The notes: generated from the sequence alone by a model not told the origin. Counted from the stretch's first letter, positions 18,591 to 27,661 are shown. The stretch is DNA of 64,000 nt from Candidatus Aenigmatarchaeota archaeon (GCA_046539305.1 JBKHHE010000001.1:77150-141149); one strand, 5' to 3'. Made by a program: numbers and translations.

Positions 18591-19895
18591 TTAGGGCTCG
18601 AGTCTGTCAGGAGTCCTCGGGAAGAGTATTGACTCCTGTATGTTCTTAAGGCCCAGGATACCAGATACAAACCTGTCCAGACCTAGACCAAAACCACCAT
18701 GAGGCGGCATTCCATACCGGAACGCATCAAGGTAGAACTCCATGTTGCTAGGGTCCATACCCTGGTTCTCTATTCTCTCTTTTAGCAGTTCAAGATCGTG
18801 GATCCTCTGCCCGCCGGAGGAAAGTTCCCAGGACCGGTAGTTCAGGTCGAAGGTCCGCGAGTACTTCTTGTCACTGGGCTCTGGCCTGTAGTAGAACGCC
18901 TTCTCGCTGGACGGCCATCTCTTTATGAAGTAGAAGTCATCTCCCTGTTCCTCTAGTCTTTCAGCAATGCGTCTCATCGCCTTTATGTTTATGTCCTCAC
19001 CCCACTCTATTTCCTCACCTTCCTCCGAAGCTATCTCGAGAGCCTCGTCGTAGGTCAGCCTTTTCAAGGGCAATTCTGGAACTTTCACCTCGGCATCCAG
19101 TTTTTCTAGCTGCTTCGAGGCTCCCTCTTTCACTTTCTCCGCCATGGCACGCATTACCTTCTCCTGCACCTCCATCACGTCCTCCTCGTCCTGTATAAAC
19201 GACATCTCCATGTCCACGGACCAGGACTCCGTAACGTGCCTCGGAGTCCTGCTCTTCTCGGCGCGCCACTGTGGAGTAATCTCGTAGACCCTCTCAGCTC
19301 CACCCGCCTGCATAAGCTGCTTGTAGAGCTGCGCGGACTGCACCAGAAAGGCTTCCCGCTCGTAGTATATTATGGGGAATACTTCCGCGCCGCCCTCAGT
19401 TCCTGAGACGGTTATCTTCGGCGTGTGTATCTCCAGAAAATCGTTCTCGTCGAACCATTCCCTGGCGCCCTGGCAGGCTGCACTCCTTACCTCGAAGATA
19501 GCCCTCTTCTCCTGCTTCCTGAGGTCCATAAAACGGTTGTCAAGCCTTGTCGCAAGGTTCGCCTCCTGCTTTCCCCGCGGATCAAGAGGGAGCGGCTTCT
19601 TCGACTCGTTAAGAATTTCCAACCTCTTGGGAAGAACTTCTCTACCACCGGGGGCCTGCTCGCTTTCCTGGACCTGACCTTCAACGGAAATTACGGACTC
19701 ACGTGGTATACCATCCACTTTCTCAAGAATTTCCTTGCTGCTTTCATCTCCTTTCACTGTGACCTGTATCTCGCCCTTTCTGTCCGCGAGTACGAGAAAT
19801 TTTATCTTCCCAAGGTCCCTTTTCTCCCGGAGCCAACCCTCGACCTTCACTTCGTCCTCGGTGCCGTCGATTTCAGAGGTATACTTCCGCTCCAT
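18591..19895 (-). CDS. aspS: aspartyl-tRNA synthetase (archaeal type)
   Basis: 434 aa. It has an N-terminal OB fold, class II motifs (FRAEKSRTPRH-like, GGFGLGLDR) and a C-terminal FPRTPDRLEP. Confidence 0.9.
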   Translation of the reverse strand: MERKYTSEIDGTEDEVKVEGWLREKRDLGKIKFLVLADRKGEIQVTVKGDESSKEILEKVDGIPRESVISVEGQVQESEQAPGGREVLPKRLEILNESKKPLPLDPRGKQEANLATRLDNRFMDLRKQEKRAIFEVRSAACQGAREWFDENDFLEIHTPKITVSGTEGGAEVFPIIYYEREAFLVQSAQLYKQLMQAGGAERVYEITPQWRAEKSRTPRHVTESWSVDMEMSFIQDEEDVMEVQEKVMRAMAEKVKEGASKQLEKLDAEVKVPELPLKRLTYDEALEIASEEGEEIEWGEDINIKAMRRIAERLEEQGDDFYFIKRWPSSEKAFYYRPEPSDKKYSRTFDLNYRSWELSSGGQRIHDLELLKERIENQGMDPSNMEFYLDAFRYGMPPHGGFGLGLDRFVSGILGLKNIQESILFPRTPDRLEP

Positions 19896-19904
19896 ATCGA
19901 AACC

Positions 19905-20147
19905 TCACAGGTTGTAGAAGAATACGGAAAATATGGCCCAGAAAAGCAGGAACGGCGCCACGCTGTTTCCTATCCACCACTTAACCCCCTCGCCTTCCAC
20001 AAGCTGCCTCGCCGCGTTTCCCGCTACCAGAAGGACTATTATGGCCACTGCCACGGCGTAGAGGGGGCTGCCGGTAAAGTTGGAGATGTATCCTGTAGCA
20101 GCTCCTATCATCGCGTGTACGCCTGTAGATATCTTCTCTTCATCCAT
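19905..20147 (-). CDS. small membrane protein
   Basis: 80 aa with 2-3 TM helices. No family recognised. Confidence 0.5.
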   Translation of the reverse strand: MDEEKISTGVHAMIGAATGYISNFTGSPLYAVAVAIIVLLVAGNAARQLVEGEGVKWWIGNSVAPFLLFWAIFSVFFYNL

Positions 20148-20321
20148 TTTATCCCTGTAGATTTACCCACGTTGACTTTTATAGGTTTGGTCCTTTAAAA
20201 ATTATTTAAGCCTGGAAAGCAAATCCGAGTGTATGAAAGCTCATGGGACGAACCTCTTCAAATTACTCCAGCTACCTCCCTCTTTATGACTGTAAAAATA
20301 AAAAAGGAAAGGTAAATTCGC

Positions 20322-21086
20322 ATGAATTATGGGGTCGTCGCCAAAAAAATTAGGAATTTGAACAAAGCCAAGCTCTTCCTGAGTTTAGGGGTTTTGGTCC
20401 TTTCGGCTGTTCTAACTGTGGAAATATTAGGCGTGATAATGGATATAAGCGGGACAGGCCAGGCCTTAACTGGAGCTGCAAGCTCTCCGGAAGAGGGGTA
20501 TGATTATCAGTTCCCGAGAAACATGACTGTTGTAGTCGAGACGACGCTACATATTGATATGACTGTGAGGGACTGCACCGGGCCAAACGACGACGAGATA
20601 AACGTCAAAGCAGGTGACTGGGGAACCTGCTGGGTCAATATGGAGAACCTTGGTAACACCGAGTATGATATCGAGCTCAGGGGACCGCTCAAGGACGGGC
20701 CAAGTGACGGCTGGACACAGTGGAGGTTCAGCTGTCCTGAAGAGTTCCCGGGCAGCTGTGATCCCGAGGATTACTCTTATTCAGAGGAGTTAAGGCCCCC
20801 CGAAATCAGGGACATCGAGCTGGGAGCGGGCGAAAACGCGTCCTTCGTCTTTGAGGCGATGCTGGGGATGACAAACAAGGATGCAGAAATAGGGATCCAG
20901 GGCAAGGACCTTGACGAGGATGAGGGTGAAGAGATATGGGACGAGTTTGCAACCGTAAAGGTGCATTCGAAGAACGAGAGAGCTGAAGATTACGGTCCTT
21001 TCATAGCCCCAGGTTTCACAGACCTTTCTCTCCTGGCTGCCTTCTTGATTTCGGTTTTCGCAATATCAGTCGCAAAAATCAGATAG
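20322..21086 (+). CDS. secreted acidic protein with PGF-CTERM-like sorting signal
   Basis: It has an N-terminal signal anchor and a C-terminus ...IAPGFTDLSLLAAFLISVFAISVAKIR (PGF, then a TM helix, then basic residues). Confidence 0.55.
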   Translation: MNYGVVAKKIRNLNKAKLFLSLGVLVLSAVLTVEILGVIMDISGTGQALTGAASSPEEGYDYQFPRNMTVVVETTLHIDMTVRDCTGPNDDEINVKAGDWGTCWVNMENLGNTEYDIELRGPLKDGPSDGWTQWRFSCPEEFPGSCDPEDYSYSEELRPPEIRDIELGAGENASFVFEAMLGMTNKDAEIGIQGKDLDEDEGEEIWDEFATVKVHSKNERAEDYGPFIAPGFTDLSLLAAFLISVFAISVAKIR

Positions 21087-21743
21087 ATTTCCCTGCTCTT
21101 TTTCCTTTATGATTCGCTCGGCAGTGGTCCAGCTTTCCCTGACCACCCGGGAGAATCTTCCGTCCTCCTCAATCATTTTTTTGAGAAATTCCTTCGTCCT
21201 ACCATCGCTGGGGTAGCCGTTTCCTATCTCCTGGTTCAGTTTTTCTTCAAGACCAGAAACGGACCTGTCCCTGGTGACTTTGGCCAGAATTGAAGCCGCG
21301 GAAACAACGGGATAGTTCTCATCGGCGTGGTTCTCAGAAACTATCTCCACCTCTTCCCTGACCTCCTCGTCCAGCAAGCTCTGTATGGTTCTCTTCACGT
21401 TTTCCGTCTTGGCCTCCGTAGCATCTACGATAGCTTTATCCGGTCGCAAGGCTTCTATTAATTCGGCCATCCTCTCTGACTCGATGAGGTTTAGGCTCTT
21501 CCTCTTCATTTCCTCGTCTATGGCTTCGGCGGGTATCTTAACGACAGCAAAATCCTCCAGGACATCCTTTATTTCATCTTCCAGCTCCTCCCTTCTCTGC
21601 CTGCTCAGTTTTTTTGAATCATCCACACCCATCCTTTCCAGCTTCTCCTGCCTGTTCTCCTCGACGACAACTGCGGCTATACATAGAGGTCCGACGACGG
21701 CACCTCTACCGGCCTCATCCACACCAAGAACGAGTTTGGACAT
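21066..21743 (-). CDS. rnhB: ribonuclease HII
   Basis: LGVDEAGRGAVVGPL ... SKKLS ... ADENYPVVSAASILAK are the canonical RNase HII motifs. Confidence 0.9.
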   Translation of the reverse strand: MSKLVLGVDEAGRGAVVGPLCIAAVVVEENRQEKLERMGVDDSKKLSRQRREELEDEIKDVLEDFAVVKIPAEAIDEEMKRKSLNLIESERMAELIEALRPDKAIVDATEAKTENVKRTIQSLLDEEVREEVEIVSENHADENYPVVSAASILAKVTRDRSVSGLEEKLNQEIGNGYPSDGRTKEFLKKMIEEDGRFSRVVRESWTTAERIIKEKEQGNLSDFCD

Positions 21744-21814
21744 AAAGAGAATTTTCAGGCTCGAAACTTATAAAGATGAAAGACTCTGGTTGGTTGTTCG
21801 TCACGACCGCAAGA

Positions 21815-21822
21815 TTTAAATT
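21815..21822 (+). promoter_or_regulatory. TATA box (TTTAAATT) for the initiator tRNA gene
   Basis: The box ends 23 nt upstream of tRNA position +1 (21846). The same octamer and spacing occur upstream of the tRNA-Gly gene. Confidence 0.6.
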
Positions 21823-21845
21823 AGCTTCCGTTAAAGAATAGGGAC

Positions 21846-21967
21846 AGCGGGGTAGAGCAGCCTGGAGTCTTGAAACGTGGTTTCAAGTTTGGAAAGCCAC
21901 GCTTTCCAGAATGCTCGTCGGGCTCATAACCCGGAGGTCGGTGGTTCAAATCCACCCCCCGCTACCA
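21846..21967 (+). tRNA. initiator tRNA-Met (CAT) with a ~44-nt intron in the D-loop, encoded CCA
   Basis: AGCGGGG TA GAGC AGCCTGG[insert]AAT GCTC G TCGGG CTCATAA CCCGG AGGTC GGTGG TTCAAAT CCACC CCCCGCT A CCA. It has A1:U72 and three G:C pairs at the base of the anticodon stem. The D-stem halves are 54 nt apart. Confidence 0.85.
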
Positions 21968-22048
21968 TTTTTGTTCCGGATACAGACCTTATCCCAAGTT
22001 TTCCTCAAGACCCAGAGGATTTTTAATTCTCCACACCAACAGTATCAT

Positions 22049-22642
22049 ATGCTCTCGGAAGAACAGGGCGAGGAAATCGTCAAATACACACGAGAAGTCC
22101 TGGAGAAACACGTCCGTGGAGAGGAGTCTCCGGAGGCACCGGAGGAGGACTTCTTCCAAGAAAGGAAGGGTGTCTTCGTGACGCTGAAGAAGAAAGGGGA
22201 GCTGCGAGGGTGTATAGGTATTCCAAAACCGGAGTACGAGCTGGGTGAGGCAGTGAAGAGGGCCGCCCGCTCCGCGACGGATGATCCTAGGTTCTCATCA
22301 CTGCGAGAGGAAGAACTGGACGACACGACAGTGGAGGTAACGGTTCTTACAAAACCCGAGAAAATAGAGGTTGGAGAACCAGAAGAATATCTGGAAAAGG
22401 TGGAGGTTGGAAGGGATGGGCTTATAGCTAAAAGGGGCCTACGTCAGGGTCTACTCCTCCCTCAGGTTCCCTTGGAACAGGACTGGGAGGTGGAAGAGTT
22501 TCTGGAAGGAGTATGTAGGAAGGCAGGACTTCCGGTAAATGCATGGAAGAAGACTTCTACCGAACTGCTTAAATTCCAGGGACAGGTCTTCGGAGAAAAA
22601 GAGCCGGACGGTGAACCAGAAGAAAGGAGTCTGGGTTCCTAA
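22049..22642 (+). CDS. AMMECR1-domain protein
   Basis: GELRGCIGIPKPEYELGEAVKRAARSATDDPRF is the AMMECR1 signature. The start is at ATG 22049. The longer track ORF from 21911 would overlap the tRNA. Confidence 0.8.
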   Translation: MLSEEQGEEIVKYTREVLEKHVRGEESPEAPEEDFFQERKGVFVTLKKKGELRGCIGIPKPEYELGEAVKRAARSATDDPRFSSLREEELDDTTVEVTVLTKPEKIEVGEPEEYLEKVEVGRDGLIAKRGLRQGLLLPQVPLEQDWEVEEFLEGVCRKAGLPVNAWKKTSTELLKFQGQVFGEKEPDGEPEERSLGS

Positions 22643-22685
22643 ACCACGCTACATATAATGCCTTTCGACAAACATCGACATAATC

Positions 22686-22693
22686 TTTAAATA
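22686..22693 (+). promoter_or_regulatory. TATA box (TTTAAATA) for the 22727 gene
   Basis: It lies 33 nt upstream of ATG 22727 and is flanked by the inverted TCGACAA/TTGTCGA half sites. Confidence 0.5.
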
Positions 22694-22698
22694 TTGTC

Positions 22699-22714
22699 GA
22701 TATCAATTGATATC
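22699..22714. promoter_or_regulatory. perfect 16-bp palindrome GATATCAATTGATATC between TATA box and start codon (candidate operator)
   Basis: Verified base by base as its own reverse complement. It covers the expected transcription start region. Confidence 0.45.
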
Positions 22715-22726
22715 ATACGTGATAAA

Positions 22727-23002
22727 ATGGTCGACGCACTAATCGCTATGGCGATTGCCAGTTTACTGGCTCCTGTGCTCGCAAAGTACGCGGGTATCAT
22801 GGAGGAAGCCAAAAGAGGATTTTCTCTGATTGCTGGAGCAGGTGTGCTTTACCTGCTTGCAAGGTCCTTTGAAGTTACGGAAATAATGACCGCAGAGGCC
22901 CCGAATGTTGCAGCCTGGGGAACAAAGATTTTCGGACTAATTGGATGGATCTTCCTCTTGGTCGGAGCAATTCTCGTAGCCTACAAACTGGCAATTGAAT
23001 AG
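22727..23002 (+). CDS. small membrane protein
   Basis: 91 aa from ATG 22727 (MVDALIAMAIASLLAPV...) with 3 TM helices. The track ORF starts at the upstream TTG 22694, inside the promoter. Confidence 0.55.
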   Translation: MVDALIAMAIASLLAPVLAKYAGIMEEAKRGFSLIAGAGVLYLLARSFEVTEIMTAEAPNVAAWGTKIFGLIGWIFLLVGAILVAYKLAIE

Positions 23003-23014
23003 AGACTAGACGCC

Positions 23015-23860
23015 TCAACCCCCTTTTCTTTTATTTTCTACTATGCAGTCCAAGCATATCTTCCATTTTCCTGGGGCATAAGGAAGAACTTTCCTTTTGT
23101 CTTTAATATTTACCTCTTTCCCTAATTCCTCAGCGGCTTCCTTCAATTCTTTCTCGGCTTCCTCATACAGATCTTCCTCTTCAGACCAACTGTAATAATG
23201 AACGGTTCCTCTGTCTTTCAGACATTTCATTGCAAGTTCCAGGAAATCCTCGGAACCTTTGGGCAAAGGCATTAAAACCCTGTCACACTCCCCGAAGTAG
23301 TCAGGGCACAGTTTTCTAACATCACCCTCCATCGGTTCAACCACGTCGTCTAACTTATTCAGCGAAACGTTCTCCTCCAGGTATTTGTAAGCACAGGGAT
23401 TCAGCTCCACCGCGTATATCTTCTCAACATCCACCTGGTTAGCTATGACTATGGGATAAGGACCCACACCTGCAAACATTGCCATAACAGTTTCTCCCTC
23501 GCCGACCTGCTCGACTATCCTCTGCCTTTCCTTCCCTTCCCTCTCCGAGAAGTAAACCTCCCTCGGGTCAAGGCGGAAGCGGGCTCCATGTTCCTTGTGC
23601 AAGGTCTCAGTGTCCTCCTCGCCCGCTATGAGCTCGTAGTCCCGGGTGCGGAACGTTCCTTTCCTACCTGAGACCTCTCGGAGAACAGTCCTGATGTGTT
23701 TGTTTAGCTCCATCAGCTTCTCACCTATAAGCTCCTTTCTGTGCTCCAGCTCTTCTGGAACTTCTATTATAGCAACGTCCCCTATAACCTCAAAGGACTT
23801 CACCAGGTGCTCCAGTTCCTCCTCGCTCAGTTCGTCTTTCAGAGCTTCCTTGAGATCCAC
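23015..23860 (-). CDS. Trm5/Taw2 (Met-10+) family tRNA methyltransferase
   Basis: FRLDPREVYFSEREGKERQRI ... VMAMFAGVGPYPIVIA ... AVELNP are Trm5b/Tyw2 family motifs. Confidence 0.8.
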   Translation of the reverse strand: MDLKEALKDELSEEELEHLVKSFEVIGDVAIIEVPEELEHRKELIGEKLMELNKHIRTVLREVSGRKGTFRTRDYELIAGEEDTETLHKEHGARFRLDPREVYFSEREGKERQRIVEQVGEGETVMAMFAGVGPYPIVIANQVDVEKIYAVELNPCAYKYLEENVSLNKLDDVVEPMEGDVRKLCPDYFGECDRVLMPLPKGSEDFLELAMKCLKDRGTVHYYSWSEEEDLYEEAEKELKEAAEELGKEVNIKDKRKVLPYAPGKWKICLDCIVENKRKGG

Positions 23861-25317
23861 GTTATCGACTCCTGCAGCGTTTTCCCTAACCTTTTCAGAT
23901 TTAAAACTATTTTCTCGAAGAGGCCGTAACCTTCCGCTTCCAGGGAGGGAAGATCCGAGTCCACCTTTATCTCCTCTCTCTCGTCGAAGGTAACGTTGAA
24001 TTCAAGTTCTTCCATTTCAAAATCCTGGTCGTTTATCTCCTCAAGGCATCTTTCAAACTCGGTCCTGTTATCGCTTTCACAGGGACGCAAAGTTTCGAGC
24101 TCCCTCTCCATTATTTCAGCCTTCTCCTCGGGATCCTCGATCCTTTTCTCCACCTCTGATAGGTTTTTATAAACGTCCCTCAAGCTCTCGACGCCGTTCT
24201 CCTCCACATGCTTCCTGACGATGAGCTCGGAGAGCGCGTATCCGAACCGTCTTGCCTCGTCAGTCTGTTCATTCCTCGGGGACCAGCCGACTATCCAGTC
24301 CTCCCCGTCCTGATAGTAGTTCCACAGCTCCTCGGCCGAGGAGCGCGACGAGAACCGGCGTCTTTCTCCCTCTTCCCTGAAATCTACGCTCTCCCCGAAA
24401 ATCTCGGCGCGCGGCCTATCCACCACTTCGTAGACCAGAAACTCGGTGAACTGGGCGAGTCCTTCGTCGTAGTAGTCCGTGCCCGTTCCATCCCACTTCA
24501 GAGCTCTCTCGTTGAAGCCGTGAGTTGCCTCGTGTATCAGCGTGGCGGTCTCCCTGAAACGAGTGAGGTTTTCCCGTACAGCTATGAATCCTCCGGTCCT
24601 GTAGGTTCCATCGCTCCAGAAACTCATCCTTTCGTCGTAGATGGAGTCGTTTAGCACGACTGTGGGGAACCTCCTATGCGGGTTTTCAGTTCCAGTGACG
24701 GACTCCAGCAAGGGAAAGAACTCTTCCGCCTCCTCAACATCCAGTCCCTGGAAGTAGTGGTAGTTTTCGGTGGCTTCGCCTTCACCAGAGGAATGGGCCA
24801 AGAGGTTGAGATAGCTCTCGCCGCTGAACTTAAGGCTTCCGTTGGAGAAGGCGGAGCGGTAGTGGAGGGGTTCGTGCCAAGAAAGTACCTCTTCATCCTT
24901 CACCACTGCCCTAGTCTCCTCTCCTTCGAATCCGAAGAGACCTAACTCCACTTTCATCAGCTCAGGGAACTGCTCCCTCTTCACTCCAGGAACTGTCCAG
25001 TTCATCTCGAAGACGTGCTCCTTTCTGGGAAGTCCGGACTCCAGCATCAGGTCCAAAGTATCGTTCTCCAGCTCGAAAGATACCTCGCCGCTGGGGTTCT
25101 CCACCCCCTCCACCTCCGCACCAGTATCCAGCTCCAGCTTGATGTCGTAGTGAGTTATTTCATTCTCCGTTTCTAAGAAAGCGCGGGAAGTTACCAGGGC
25201 TTCGTTTCCTTGAAGCTCGACCTCATGAACCACTTCGGCCGAGGAGCTTGCCGCAAAAAATAGGAAGGTGAGCAGAAAAGAGAGAATCAAGGTTTCCTTT
25301 TTTAACCTCGGAAGCAT
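23839..25317 (-). CDS. secreted putative zinc metalloprotease (HExxH)
   Basis: It has a Sec-type signal (MLPRLKKETLILSFLLTFLFFAASSSA|E), the motif LIHEATHGFNE and a downstream E. 492 aa, acidic. Confidence 0.55.
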   Translation of the reverse strand: MLPRLKKETLILSFLLTFLFFAASSSAEVVHEVELQGNEALVTSRAFLETENEITHYDIKLELDTGAEVEGVENPSGEVSFELENDTLDLMLESGLPRKEHVFEMNWTVPGVKREQFPELMKVELGLFGFEGEETRAVVKDEEVLSWHEPLHYRSAFSNGSLKFSGESYLNLLAHSSGEGEATENYHYFQGLDVEEAEEFFPLLESVTGTENPHRRFPTVVLNDSIYDERMSFWSDGTYRTGGFIAVRENLTRFRETATLIHEATHGFNERALKWDGTGTDYYDEGLAQFTEFLVYEVVDRPRAEIFGESVDFREEGERRRFSSRSSAEELWNYYQDGEDWIVGWSPRNEQTDEARRFGYALSELIVRKHVEENGVESLRDVYKNLSEVEKRIEDPEEKAEIMERELETLRPCESDNRTEFERCLEEINDQDFEMEELEFNVTFDEREEIKVDSDLPSLEAEGYGLFEKIVLNLKRLGKTLQESITWISRKL

Positions 25318-25359
25318 ACTATACTAATTAGTCAGAAACGTTAAAAGTTTTGTGAGAGT

Positions 25360-26055
25360 ATGAGGATAGCTGTTATTGCCGACATCCATTCTAACCTCCC
25401 GGCACTCAGGTCGGTTATGAGAGAAGTTCAAACCGAAAGGCCCGAATACATCCTGTGTCTCGGGGACATAGTAGGCTACGGCCCACACCCGAACAAGGTG
25501 GTGGAACTAATGGAAAGGGATGCGACCGAGATAATATCGGTGAAGGGCAACCACGACGAAGCCGTCCTGGGGGGTAAAGTGAAAAAACTCCAGTCCAACG
25601 CCGCCGAAGCCGTGGAGTGGACCATAGAAAGGATAAAGGACGAGAACCTTGAAGTGCTCGAAAACTTCGATACCTACGAAGCCCTGGAAATTGATGGATA
25701 CAAATTCTTTGCAGTTCACGGCAGCCCGCGGGACCACCTCAACGAATACGTGGACAGGAACACGTCGGATGAAACTCTGAACGGATTTCTGGAAGACACA
25801 GGAGCAGACGTCCTCCTCATGGGACACACGCACGTCCCCTATATCCGCTCCCTGGAAAGGGGTCTCGCGATCAATCCTGGCTCCGTGGGGCAGCCCAGGG
25901 ACAGGGACAGAAGGGCCAGCTACGCTATAGTGGACATAAAACGTAGGGTTCTGGACATCAGAAGGGTCTCGTACAACGTGAATAAAACAGCAGACGACAT
26001 CAAGCAGAGCAGGCTTCCCGACAGGCTTGGTGACAGGCTTTACTATGGACATTGA
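25360..26055 (+). CDS. metallophosphoesterase (YfcE/MJ0936-like)
   Basis: Contains ADIHSN, GDIVGYG, GNHD and GHTHVP, the calcineurin-like phosphoesterase motifs. Confidence 0.8.
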   Translation: MRIAVIADIHSNLPALRSVMREVQTERPEYILCLGDIVGYGPHPNKVVELMERDATEIISVKGNHDEAVLGGKVKKLQSNAAEAVEWTIERIKDENLEVLENFDTYEALEIDGYKFFAVHGSPRDHLNEYVDRNTSDETLNGFLEDTGADVLLMGHTHVPYIRSLERGLAINPGSVGQPRDRDRRASYAIVDIKRRVLDIRRVSYNVNKTADDIKQSRLPDRLGDRLYYGH

Positions 26056-26090
26056 AAGGATATTTAAAGATCCGCCGGGCTTTAACTTCT

Positions 26091-26837
26091 ATGCTTAGCC
26101 TGATAGGCCTCGGACTGCACGACGAAAAGGACATCAGCCTCAGGGGTCTGGAGAGAGCGGAGAACTCGGACAGGGTCTTCCTGGAGAAATACACGTCACA
26201 GTGGAAAGGAAGGAAAGGCCTGGAAGAGGTCCTTGACAGGAAGGTGGAGGTAGTGGAAAGAAGTGACCTGGAGGAGGAGTCCGATAGGATAACAGGACTT
26301 GCAGGAGAAGAGGACGTGGCAGTTTTGATTCCCGGGGACCCCCTGGTCGCAACGACACATACAGAGCTGCTGATTCAGGCGAGGAAGAAAGGTATTGAAA
26401 CAGAAGTCATACACTCCTCTTCCATCTACTCCGCGGTTACAGAAACGGGGCTACAGATATACAAGTTCGGGAAGACGACCACGATACCCTTCCCCCGGGA
26501 GAACTACAGGCCGGAATCGCCATACGACGCTATAAAGGAGAACAAGGAAAGGGGATTACACACCCTGACACTGCTCGACATAAAGGACGGAGAAGGGATG
26601 AAAGCTTCCAGGGGCCTCGAATATCTGCTGGAAATAGAGGAGGAGAGGGGAGGGGACGTGATAAGTCTGGAGAAAAGGGTCGTAGCCCTTTCGCTGAGGG
26701 GAGGAGAAAGTAGCATAGAATACGGACCTGTGAAAGAGCTGCTTGAAGGGGAGTTTTCTACACCCGCGGCACTGGTCTTTCCAGGTGAGCTACACGAGAA
26801 GGAAAGGGAAGCCCTTGAAATGTTTGCCGGAAGATGA
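26091..26837 (+). CDS. dph5: diphthine synthase (Dph5)
   Basis: MLSLIGLGLHDEKDISLRGLE ... LIPGDPLVATTH ... GLHTLTLLD are tetrapyrrole-methylase-fold Dph5 motifs. The start is at ATG 26091. Confidence 0.85.
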   Translation: MLSLIGLGLHDEKDISLRGLERAENSDRVFLEKYTSQWKGRKGLEEVLDRKVEVVERSDLEEESDRITGLAGEEDVAVLIPGDPLVATTHTELLIQARKKGIETEVIHSSSIYSAVTETGLQIYKFGKTTTIPFPRENYRPESPYDAIKENKERGLHTLTLLDIKDGEGMKASRGLEYLLEIEEERGGDVISLEKRVVALSLRGGESSIEYGPVKELLEGEFSTPAALVFPGELHEKEREALEMFAGR

Positions 26838-26861
26838 GAAGTCCGATCCAACAGCTTAACA

Positions 26862-26875
26862 TTTAAATAGTAGGA
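26862..26875 (+). promoter_or_regulatory. promoter element TTTAAATAGTAGGA (copy 1)
   Basis: An identical 14-mer recurs at 27775-27788. Both copies are preceded by GATCCAA and sit upstream of orphan genes. Confidence 0.5.
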
Positions 26876-26918
26876 TCTTTTATTACTATTTAGTTATAAA
26901 GCCAAAAGGGGTGTAAAC

Positions 26919-27416
26919 GTGACCGGAATCGAGATGCCGGACGAGACGGAAGTCCTCCTCAGCTCTCATTCCGTTGAAAGGTTTCTGGAGAGGAACAAAA
27001 CCCCTGTCCGGGGCTGCGGGGGAAACGACCTCTTCGATTCGATCATGTACAAAGGACTCCCGAACAAGGGTGTTTCCTTCAATCTGGAGGACGTCCAAAG
27101 GATAAGCCAAGTGGAGAAAGAAGACACCGTAGAAGACTTTATAAGACAGCACCCGGACTCCCAGGAAATCAGGAGAGCCATCATGGAAGTGACCGCCGAA
27201 AAGTTTAACGAAGAGGTCCCGGAGATCGGGTGTTACGAAACGGACGACCCCAGAAACATCGGCCTGCTCTACGAGGAGAAAATCGGTGGTCGCCTTCCCC
27301 TTTTTCCGAAAAAAAGTGGTTTCATAGCTAAAACCTACCTCAACGGAAGTCCAAAGGAAAACGGCGAAGGCCACCTAAAGGACATCGACGTAAGCTGGGG
27401 TTATCAGGAAGCTTAG
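26919..27416 (+). CDS. hypothetical protein
   Basis: 165 aa with a GTG start preceded by GGGGTG. No family recognised. Confidence 0.5.
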   Translation: MTGIEMPDETEVLLSSHSVERFLERNKTPVRGCGGNDLFDSIMYKGLPNKGVSFNLEDVQRISQVEKEDTVEDFIRQHPDSQEIRRAIMEVTAEKFNEEVPEIGCYETDDPRNIGLLYEEKIGGRLPLFPKKSGFIAKTYLNGSPKENGEGHLKDIDVSWGYQEA

Positions 27417-27421
27417 GTACT

Positions 27422-27661
27422 ATGGTCAATGAAGTCGAAGGGAAGCTGGAAGAGGAGACGGAGAAGTGGCTGGAGAGAATAGAAGAAGAAGAGGCCAGAG
27501 GGAAAGGTGAAAAAGCGAATCTATTCCTGAAGAACATCCGGGCATACACGGAGGACTCGGAGTACTTTCTGGAAGAAGGCGAGCTGGTCAAAGCCTTCGA
27601 AGCGGTAGTCTGGGCCTGGAGCTGGCTGGAGATCGGGCAGGAGCTGGACATCCTGAAATAG
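27422..27661 (+). CDS. small helical protein (DUF357-like, tentative)
   Basis: 79 aa. NIRAYTEDSEYFLEEGELVKAFEAVVWAWSWLEIG resembles the DUF357 pattern as I remember it. Confidence 0.4.
   Translation: MVNEVEGKLEEETEKWLERIEEEEARGKGEKANLFLKNIRAYTEDSEYFLEEGELVKAFEAVVWAWSWLEIGQELDILK

Noticed and set aside
21911-22048. The N-terminal 46 codons of the track ORF 21911-22642.
   Set aside because: This part overlaps the 3' half of the initiator tRNA and reads as low-complexity sequence. The AMMECR1 homology starts after ATG 22049.
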